A DNA stretch of 63,770 nucleotides, filler included, from Pelomyxa schiedti (taxonomy: Eukaryota; Protista; Evosea): NCBI GenBank assembly GCA_020536535.1. It is 11 parts of 11 records of this genome, joined end to end, with 100 filler letters (N's around TTAATTAATTAA, not from the genome) between each part and the next. Parts side by side here need not be neighbours in the genome. Positions count along the whole stretch, not along the records: positions 46,368 to 50,743 come from JAHLWZ010001599.1; positions 50,844 to 52,878 come from JAHLWZ010002165.1; positions 52,979 to 54,939 come from JAHLWZ010002194.1; positions 55,040 to 60,466 come from JAHLWZ010001500.1; 7 more parts are not named here. One strand, written 5' to 3'. The position numbers were made by a program, and so were the translations under genes. The notes under the pieces are model-generated. The model was not told the DNA's origin. It was given only the letters and a program-made list of their open reading frames with translations, and searched no databases. Below, in pieces: positions 46,399-55,826 of the stretch; within the stretch, counting starts at the first letter, position 1, and every line of letters starts with the position of its first letter.

Positions 46399-46790
46399 CG
46401 TGTGGGCCCGAGGAGCTGTGGGCTGATCAGGGGTGTGGTGTTGTTGGTCTTTTAAAAGAGAGAAGTAAAACTGACATTCTGCGTAGTAACATCCGGGAGA
46501 TGTTCCTGGAAATGGCAAAAGATCAAATCGGGCGAATTACTTTAGGAGTCTCAGAGGGCCTCTACGGCTGGCACACCATCGTAATCAGGAGCTCGGTTGG
46601 TGCGCTTCCATACAGGTTCATTTCGTTCCTCAGAGAACCCAGAGATCTGCAACTGAGGGGTTCAAATCAGGTACATTTGATGGAAGAACGTCGTACTTCG
46701 GCGAGAATATAAAAATACAACAGAACCCCAACAAAAACCTAAACACCCGTTACCACCAAGGGTCCACCACCCGGAAAAGCGACACCAACC

Positions 46791-49700
46791 ATGTGGAACA
46801 CACGAGACGACAGGGACGAGCTAATAGCCACGCTGGAGGCCGAACGCGATAAACTGCGAAGCGAGCTCGACACCAAGGAGACCGAGGAAAAAAAGAGCGC
46901 CGCTCGCGTGGAGTCCGCCGCGCTTCGTGCGGCGATGAGGCGCCTGTGGCTCGGCGGCGGCCGCACCGCCGAGGAGTTCGCCGACGAGTTCATGGACAAG
47001 GTGGCGTCGGGCGCCATCCCAGAGAGGGCCAGGCGGGCCAAGTTCAGGGAGTGGCTCGAGGGCGACAAGCAGCACAAGGGAGCGTGGGACAACGAGATAG
47101 AGAAGGTCGTGGCAGAGTGGCTGGCGGCGAGGGGCGAGGACGCCTCGGCTGGCGCTGGGGAGGAGGAGGAGGATGACGCGGCGGCTGTGGACGGGGAAAG
47201 GCGACCCTCGGCTGTAATGAAGGCGGAGCAGCAGCGAGAAAAGCAGCAGTCGTACGCGGAGGAGCAGGCTCGCGCTGAGGCGGCCGCCGTCAGCGAGGGG
47301 TTCGAGAACCAAGATATTTATGAGGACGCAGAGGCCTGGGGCCAGGTCATCAAGCCCAGCACCCCTGCTTGCGACGAAAACAAGGAGCAGAAGCACTTGA
47401 CCAAGCGCCAGCAGAGGAAGAGTATCTGGCTCCGCCGTGAATTCGAGGCCAGGTGGCTGGTTGAAAAGAGCCTCGAGGATTTCGCTGCCGAGTTCATGGG
47501 GGATATTAGTGGGCTTCCCGCCCGCTCCAGAGCTCCGAGATTGAGAGAGTGGTTGCTAGGAGAAGGAATGGGAACCTGCAAGCAGGGTCCTGTATGTGCG
47601 TGGGTACCTGAAATTGAGCGAGCGGTACTCTCGTGGTTAATGGAGAAGGGTGGAGTGGTGGAAGAGCCTGACTGGGATGAGAAGCTACCAGCAGAAAGCC
47701 CAAGTACTAAACCAATTGTGACTGGTGTTTGGGCATCCGTTTGGCCCGAGGCTAAGGATATTGAAGAAACCAAACCCCAGAGAGAGATGGCTGAAGCTCT
47801 GCGTAACACAACAGCTACCCTTATTCTACGTAACAAGGAGATTGCACAACTGCAAAGTGAGCTCTCGGAAGCCCTTTGCAACGTTAATGAAAAGCAGACT
47901 GTTGAGGAGAACGAAAAAGCCAAACAAGCTTCGGGTTCCTTACGTGCATTTGTTGCAGCTTGGCCAGGTGGTGTTGATGAGGTAGCCGATATTGTTATGA
48001 GTGAAGTTGCAGGCGGTTCCTTCCCGGAACGCAGTAGACGAACCAGGTTCCGCAACTGGGTGCAGTCTGGATCATGTTGTGGCTGGGAGGGCCAGATTGA
48101 GGCCGCTGTCAGACACTGGGCAGAGCAAAACGGTGTCAACACAGAGACACTCACCAACCAACTGTGTGAATCGACAGGGACACCTTCACAACCATTTGTA
48201 TGTAGGAGAGGGGCTGTGGGTACCAAACTCATGCAATAACAATAGGTTATCAATGTTATACAACAGGAATCCTCTGTTGCAGCTCTGGAAGCAGAAAATG
48301 CTGCCCTTGAAGCCGAAAATGCTGCCCTAAAACAAAGATTGGCTGCACTTGAACATTCTCGTTCGCCAATTATCGTTTCCGACTCGGACGTAGCTGACGA
48401 TCTGGAAAAAACCCGTGCTGAACTTGCAGAGCTTATCGCTCAAAGAGAGAAGCACGTTGCTTCCGTCCAATCCAAGCAAGTTAAAGCTGCTTTCGAACAG
48501 CACTGGCTTGCACAGCACACTGTTGAAGAGTTCGTCATCTCTCAGATGGGAGACAACTGTGGAGAGCTTGCTGATTTGCCTGCCAGAAGTCGAGTTGCTC
48601 GTTTCAGGCAATGGTTGGAAGGATCTCCATGCGGAGGATGGGGGGAACGAATAGAGAGGCGTGTAGCACAGTGGCTGAGCCAGGAAGGCTTCTGCACTGA
48701 TGACACAGAAGTCGTGCCCACACCGCAGGTGCAATTCGTTGTACCAGTAGCTGCACAGACAAATAACGTATGCATTTTTATTTTGTTTCTCCTCTCACCG
48801 GTTAACAGGACGATAAACTCGTTGTTGAATCACTGATGAGGCAAGTACAAGACTTAAAGAAGCAACTCGGCGATGCTACAAACCTTCTCCATGTAGCCCA
48901 GGAAGAAAACCAAGAGTTGTCCAAACAGTTGGAGCAGAAAATGATGGAGGAGGAGCAGAAAGAGGCAAAAGAGCAGAAGGTTGCACACGACCAGCACTCC
49001 AGTGCTTTAAGGGCTATTGTCAGTGACAAATGGCTTTCTCAGCGCAGTCTAGAAGAATTTGTTACTGAGCACATGCAGGATGCTGCTATTCCCCAAAGAA
49101 GTAAAGTAGCCAGATTCAGACAGTGGTTAGAGGGGAAGCACGTCAATGGATGTGAAGCTGTGATCGAATCTTGCGTAGAGCAATGGGTCAAGAATGAAGA
49201 TATGGAAATCCGGGGAGATGAACCCGAAAGGGAAGTTCCCACCAAAGTGGTATGTTGGTCTTTCTTTCTTTCTTTTTTTTTTTTTGTAACACAATCCAAG
49301 GTCTACGTTCCCATTGAAAAAGTGGTTTACACTCAACCTGTTTCTCCTCTGGCAGCACTTGAAGCAACAGAAATTGCCGAAATGAAGCAAGAACTTCTGA
49401 CTTTACGCTCAGTTGTTTCTGAAGTAGAAGACAAGAAAGATAAGAAACACAAGGCGACTCGCTCTGCAAAATTGCGTTGCCTGGTCCGAGATATTTGGCT
49501 CCCCAAATTCACCCAAGAAGAATTTGCTGACGAAATTATGAGTTGTGTCCCTGCAATCCCAGAGAGGAGCCGCAGGGCCCGCCTCAGGTTGCCCTTTTCG
49601 CTTTGTGAACTTGCATTAACTGAACTGTTAGGGAATGGCTTGAGGGAAAACCTTCGATGTGGGAAAATGAAATAGAAGCGACCGTGCAAAAGTTCTTTGA

Positions 49701-50221
49701 AGTCAAGGGCTTATACAAACCAGAAGAAGAAGGAGAGAAGGTTTCTTCTCAGGTGTCACTCGAAATCCATTTACATTTTCTGCAGGTGGAGATTGTGGAG
49801 CAACAACCCTCACTTGTTCCGGAGTTTGTGTATCGACCACCTGACAAATATGAAGAAGAAGACTGGCGGGAGAAATGCGAGTTGTTATCTAATGCTAACA
49901 AAGAACTTGTCTCCCACTTGGCGTACATTGTACGGGCCGCATTACTTCCTTTCATTGTCTGACCACCCTTAAGGAAGGAGATCAACAAACCCTCCAAAAG
50001 GACATGGAGGACCTTAAATTCCGTTACTTCCAGGCCCTTGGTAGAACATTCAAGCTCCAGGGAATGTATGGAAACCAAGCTCACACTACCAAATTCACCA
50101 CCAATTCACATAAAACAGGCACTTGTCTTGTGTTCTGGATGACCTTTATGAAACTGCCAAGAATGCAGGCCACGACTATGACGACTATGAGGCATTCCTC
50201 GGCTCCCTTCTCAGTTCTTGA
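46791..50221 (+). CDS. Protein with six copies of an unnamed ~70-aa helical repeat separated by coiled coils, multi-exon
   Basis: Repeats at ~46920, 47420, 47935, 48480, 49005 and 49465, consensus LR.h....WL...s.EEFa.e.M....hP.RSR.ARhR.WLeG.....W...IE..V..Wh...G. Spliced C-terminus FRYFQALGRTFKLQG|MHLSCVLDDLYETAK..LLSS*. There may be extra 5' exons (~46490-46670). Confidence 0.75.
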
Positions 50222-50333
50222 TTTCAAACCTACCCGTTTCCTTGTGTGCCTGTGGAATTTTTTGCAAGTAAAAAACAATCACTTTTCCAAGTTTTTTTTT
50301 TTGGTACAACTGGCAAATAAAGGGGACAAGCAC

Positions 50334-50570
50334 TCAGTGTTGTGGTTGTGGCAAGGATTGGGGAATAATGTACAGGTACACACCTCCACCTTGGACGATA
50401 CTGACAGGAATCCATTGCGGAATCACAAAGGAATTGGTGACTATCCTGGTGCCTGGGGCCAATTCACGGGCAAGCTTAGGTGCAAGAGCTGAATTGAGGG
50501 AGGTTGTGAGGTACAGAGTAACCACAGTAGCACGGGATATGTCGGCCTCAAACATGTTCTGGTGAACAAC
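50334..50570 (-). CDS. Class I SAM-dependent methyltransferase, C-terminal fragment
   Basis: NMFEADISRATVVTLYLTTSLNSALAPKLARELAPGTRIVTNSF matches the post-motif-II region of FAM173-like/bacterial small methyltransferases. The 5' part is replaced by an inverted duplication. Confidence 0.7.
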   Translation of the reverse strand, partial: VVHQNMFEADISRATVVTLYLTTSLNSALAPKLARELAPGTRIVTNSFVIPQWIPVSIVQGGGVYLYIIPQSLPQPQH

Positions 50571-50583
50571 CAATGCACGCGGC

Positions 50584-50743
50584 TGTGGGCACGACTTCTG
50601 TGTCATCAGTGCAGAAGCCTTCCTGGCTCAGCCACTGTGCTACACGCCTCTCTATTCGTTCCCCCCCATCCTCCGCATGGAGATCCTTCCAACCATTGCC
50701 TGAAACGAGCAACTCGACTTCTGGCAGGCAAATCAGCAAGCTC
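50584..50743 (-). repeat. Inverted copy of 48564-48722 at contig end (probable amplification chimera)
   Basis: Reverse complement reads GAGCTTGCTGATTTGCC...GTCGTGCCCACA, matching 48564-48722 except for one extra G in a G-run. Confidence 0.9.
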
Positions 50744-50843
50744 NNNNNNNNNNNNNNNNNNNNNNNNNNNNNNNNNNNNNNNNNNNNTTAATTAATTAAN
50801 NNNNNNNNNNNNNNNNNNNNNNNNNNNNNNNNNNNNNNNNNNN

Positions 50844-52878
50844 GTGGTTCTTCGGCGCAGCTCGTTGGAGAGGCATCCGGAAATTGCGACGATCACGCGT
50901 TCGTTCGATGGACAGCCACAGCGGGAACAAAATACTTCATCTTGTTGTCTTCCACAAATGACGTCGATGGGACATTCAAGTTCCGCATTTATGAGTCCTC
51001 AATTGGTACGCGTCTCTTTGTTTTCCTGGTCGATCTCATCCCTCTTCTTTTGTGTTCTCTCCCCAAAAGTTGGTTACAGCAGCAATATAATGGACAAGAC
51101 CTTGAACTTGTTAGAGGGATTCCCTATCGAACCGGCTTGGAAACCACTATGTAATGTTCCGTACCCAATCAAGGACATACAGTCCAGTGGCTCGAAGTTT
51201 CCTGGAGACGTGGCACACGGGTCCAAGTGGTCAAACGTCATGTATAAAATCGCAGAGAAGACAGGCGAAGTGACCACGCTGGGACTGACCGACTGCACGT
51301 TCAAGATCATCGGCAATCTTGATATCTTTGGAGTCGAGGTTGTTGGTGCGGCATGGGCAGCGCAACGACAATTGATGTACATTACAGCAAAAAGTTCCCT
51401 TTCCACGACAATCAACCTTTACACCATCGACTTGGACACTGGCCGTGCCTCGTTCGTGATGCCCCTCGGAAACGCAGAGGAACAGTCCAGCGCACTTGCT
51501 TATGATGAGGACTTTGATGCACTTTACATGTTTAACACGTACTGGATGAAATTGATGAAGATAGACGTGGGGTTGGGAACAATCAATACTGCCTGTGGTA
51601 TTGACTACAGCGGGGCAATTGATTTCGATCCGTGCACTGGAATCCTTTATGAGTCTGCAAGTGGACTGTATGCCCTCAACAAGCACACAGGTGAAAAGGT
51701 TCAACTGTACAGCTCGATGGACAGTTACGTTCCTATTGCTGTTTTGGACTACCCATGTTCTCCACACATTCACTGCAGTGACGCAATCGACTGGGATCTT
51801 TCCAGTGTGATGGCCTTCACGACTTATTATGGTTATACTAACATCAGTTGCTTTGACATTAACAAAAGAGGTTCTCCTTTTACTCTCTGGCACTTCCGTA
51901 TTTTCAACACCTACACAGGAGCGATTTTCAAGTACAACGCGACCAACAATGGAAAGCTCACAGTCACCACGTGCAGCGCAAGCACCACGTTCGACACAAT
52001 GATCTACGTGTTCACAGACTGCAATCACAACACATCAGCCACATGCCTCGGGACGAACGATGACGCGCCGTGCTCACACGGTGGCACAGCTTCCACATAT
52101 AAAATGGAGGTGGAGTACAACAAGGTTTATTACTTCTTTGTCGCTGGATCCGGCACACTGACCGGAACTTTGGAATTCTCTGGACACTGTATTTTTTTTC
52201 CTCTCCGCCTTCCTTTCTTCCAACACTGACATGTCTTTCTTCATTCCCTTTTTCTTTTCTTTTCTTTTTTTTTTTTTTGCAAGTGCAAACCATGAACTGC
52301 AGTGCAGTCACGAATGTTCTGACAGGATCGTCAACGACAGCATCAACAGTGGGAGCACCACTTTCATCCATTTCGTGTTTCCCGAACGCCACCGACAAAC
52401 AAGGTTTGCGATTCACACCGACAGTGCAACAGGATACTGACCTCCCCCTTTCTCTTTTCCCACTCTCTCCCACCACAAACAGGAGCGCTGTTCGTCTTTG
52501 ACGGAACCGAGTCGGCATCCATCGAGGCGAGCACGTGCACCTCCGCGGACTTTGACACCGAGATATACCTCTTCACTGGCTGTGACCACGGGACCATCGG
52601 GTCTTGCCTCGCCTCGAACCAGGACAGCGGTTATTGCTACGACAGGTCCACGGTGGTGTGGAACTCGGCACCCGGGGTGAGTTACTTCATCTTCGTCACC
52701 GGGAGAGGTTCACAGACCGGCTCCTTCACCCTCACGGTCGATTCCACGCACTCGTATTCGGCTTCGTCGCACTCGTATTCCTCGTCCACCTCGTCATCCT
52801 CCATGTCGCTCTCATCGTCCGTGTCCAGTTCCCAATCGACTTCTTCCTCCAGCACCAGCAGCACATCCGAATCCGCGT
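50844..52878 (+). CDS. Probable extracellular protein: beta-propeller-like region + two PPC-like beta-sandwich modules + Ser-rich stalk; 3'-truncated
   Basis: Propeller-like blades LYTIDLDTGRA, ALAYDEDFDALY, AIDFDPCTGILY. Repeats TTCSASTTFDTMIYVFTDC..CLGTNDDAPC..VYYFFVAG..TGTLEF and STCTSADFDTEIYLFTGC..CLASNQDSGYC..SYFIFVTG..TGSFTLTV. Confidence 0.65.
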
Positions 52879-53336
52879 NNNNNNNNNNNNNNNNNNNNNN
52901 NNNNNNNNNNNNNNNNNNNNNNTTAATTAATTAANNNNNNNNNNNNNNNNNNNNNNNNNNNNNNNNNNNNNNNNNNNNTCGACTTCAGGCAAAAGAAAAA
53001 AAAAAGTTTCTTTCTGAAAGTACATGGGGATGAGGGAGCTGGAACAGGGTCCACATGGGGACCACTGTGTGTCCACAATGGGAATTCCCAAATCGAGCCC
53101 GTTGTGTTTTTTACCTCCACTTTCTCCACTTGGGTAGTGTTTTTTCACATTTTGAGACCACCATTTGGGAACAGCTTGGAACCCACTGGGTGGGATCTGG
53201 AATCGCAGTGTATATGATTAAGGAGAACGAAATAATTCTGTTATTAAAATTTGGGAAAATATTTTTTGGAAATTTTACATAGATATCCCTTGCACTCAAT
53301 TCAAAGTCAAGGGTAACAGGAAGGCCATGGTGGTTA

Positions 53337-54477
53337 TTAACAATTGAAGGGGGAATCGGAGGGAGAGTCCAAGTGGCTTCTGCTTCCCGCATGCTGTATG
53401 GCCAGTGCCCGGAAGAGTTTGCTTAGTGTCTGCCCATATTCACTGTGGTACTTTGCCAACTCCTTAGAAATATGAAGCAGATCAACAGACTTATCTCGGA
53501 GTTGAACACAAAATTGCTCCATGACCTGCAATATTTTTCCATTCTGTGGTGACCCATGGCCTACAACAGCGTCAAGTGCACTGAAGAGAGCAGTCATCCA
53601 CAGGTTCCCAGGTTGGAAGTCTCCACCACCAAGAACAGATTTCAGATCCTTTGCACAGAACGCACTATAGCATCCCAAGCAGGGCCGTTTTGAGCCAGCA
53701 ACCAATGCATCCACGGTCCTGACAGCTTGCAATATAGGAATAAATTTTTGCTCTGCATGGTACTGGCCTGAGCACTCAGAAGACTGCTTGTAAGCCCCAC
53801 TGCAGACAATGTGGAGTCGTGTTGGCTCCAGATGCAAAAGCTTTTCTCTCAGATTACTGCTGCAATTTTGAAAAATATCACACCGTGGCTTTAACAAGAT
53901 GCTGTATCTGGACTTCACGGGGTTAAACACCTTGAGCAGTGCGCGTACCTTGGCAACATCAGACGCACAGCTCTGGTACCTCCCCTCCTCTTTACTTTCT
54001 GTGGCCAGTAAAAGGCCTTGATAAAGTTTGGAGACCATGCGGTCAATATCCTCCTGTTTCCTCCAACTCTTTTTCCCAGTCTTAGAATTCCACGTAAGAC
54101 TGAATTGACCAGCAGCCAGCTTTGTGTCAAGCCCACTTTTTTCGTGATTGAAGGCAATAAATACATGGTAAGAGTCCCTTCAGGTTCACAACCATCAACT
54201 GGACTTCATCCTCTTGAGTATGCCAGCTGTCTTTTGAGTGGTAGAGGATGAAGGTGCAGAGGTGGCGAATCAATTGGTATGCCCTAGCGTTAGCATAGCT
54301 GCGGGGTGACTCGGGAATGGGATCCTTGGAATAACCAGCTCGGTCGTTGCCACTTGCACCCCTTCTCTTCTTGTAATATCGCCACGTCGCCCTTATGAGC
54401 TTTTTCTCAATTTCCCTTTGTTGTTGTTTTAGTGCCTCGCGGTCCCTCTCGCTCTTACTCATCGTACGAATCGACAT
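53337..54477 (-). CDS. Putative zinc-dependent (cytidine-deaminase fold) deaminase; frame discontinuity near 54175
   Basis: YHAEQKFIPIL (HxE at 53751-53759) followed by VAGSKRPCLGCYSAF (PCxxC at ~53670-53684). The upstream frame MSIRTMSK...EDEVQLMVVNL joins the catalytic frame only via a 1-nt shift or a 64-nt intron. Confidence 0.6.
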
Positions 54478-54797
54478 AACAACGTAATTATCTATTTTTT
54501 TTTGTCTCCTTCGCTTGTTGTTTTTTTTTTTTTTTCTTGTTTGTTCCTTCCTTCCTGCTTTTTCCTCACGCTGAACGCGGTTACTGTAATGCGAACTTCC
54601 CAACTTGGTTCAGCCTTGTCTGCATTGTGGCACCTGTTCATCTATTCGTAATCCAAAGCGTGCAGTTCCATGGAACACACCCAAAACCACACAAAGGCCA
54701 AGGTTGAGAGTTGAGTTACGTTCGTTTTTTTCGGATCCGACCCGACAAGAAGAAAATTCAGCAGGGCCACATTTCTTGGAATCCATCAACAGTGGCG

Positions 54798-54939
54798 ATG
54801 GCAGCCTCGACCACGGAGATCCGACTGAGCCACGCACAGGGTCACGACAGAGTGCCGTCGCTGTGCAGTTTGGCGTCACGCGTCGCGGTGTGCAGCGTCG
54901 ACCGAGTCATCACCGCCATGGTCCACGAGCACCGCCTGC
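54798..54939 (+). CDS. 5' fragment of a protein with a BC-box-like motif
   Basis: MAASTTEIRLSHAQGHDRVPSLCSLASRVAV; VPSLxxLAxR resembles elongin-C-binding BC-box motifs. Truncated by the contig end. Confidence 0.3.
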
Positions 54940-55486
54940 NNNNNNNNNNNNNNNNNNNNNNNNNNNNNNNNNNNNNNNNNNNNTTAATTAATTAANNNNN
55001 NNNNNNNNNNNNNNNNNNNNNNNNNNNNNNNNNNNNNNNATAAAGAGTGTTCTCTTGTTTGTTTGGTCGTTGTTGTAAGGGGGTAAAAAGGGAGTGTGTA
55101 AAATCTCGCAGAGCGGTTGTGCGATTGGGTTAAAAGGCTGCGATGTTCAAATGGATTCTCAGACAAGTGTGCATGTGATCAAAACCGCCTGCCACGTTCT
55201 TGTTGCTGTATTTGTGCGCCCAGCTGCGCTGTGCGCTGATCATTACCTTCGCAGTCTCATTCTGGTAATGGTCCAGATTCGGCTCAGTCCTCAGTCTCTC
55301 CAATCCCGCTAAAGTGTGCCAGACTTCAGAGCCTCGCGAGCAAGGCCAAGTTTGTGTACTTTGTGGAAGTACACATAAATCAAAACAAACAACAAAACAG
55401 AACAAATAATAGAATCCTTTCTTGATCTCGTTCTTGTTCTCTGCTTTGCCGTCACACAACGAACTACATCCCACAGAAGCACACAA

Positions 55487-55652
55487 TAGGTACCCCAGAC
55501 TGACACCGCTCAGGAGAATGGTGTGAGCTCCGCGTTTCGTCATCAGGGTTTCGCCTTCATTGTCAACCCCCTGTATTGCCTCACTTCCAACCCCAGATTG
55601 TTCTTTCTTTTTCCCACATTCAACCTGTGTGTTGAACAGGTCTTCTGTTTCC
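55487..55652. repeat. ~166-bp direct repeat, copy 1 (copy 2 at 59315-59481)
   Basis: TAGGTACCCCAGACTGAC...GTCTTCTGTTTCC shared, with a few substitutions and one indel. Confidence 0.9.
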
Positions 55653-55826
55653 TTTCTCTGTCGGTCAAAATAACATCTTCCTTTTCTTTTCAGGATGGAA
55701 GTTCGAGCTGTGCATCTGGGCAAGAAGCAATCAGGACTTCACACAGAAAGATGAACACAACCGAGAAGGCTTCTCAGCTTGTGAATATTTACTCAACCAT
55801 GTAAAAGTTTTCATTTTTTTGCTGTT

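Noticed and set aside
47318-48253. Long antisense ORFs (311 aa here; also 4259-4960, 12374-12976, 51231-52028, 57699-58400)
   Set aside because: They are shadows of well-supported genes on the opposite strand, with no independent motifs.
55130-55723. 197-aa minus-strand ORF
   Set aside because: It contains a low-complexity stretch that reads as an intron on the plus strand, and splice-like signals favour a plus-strand multi-exon gene I could not resolve.
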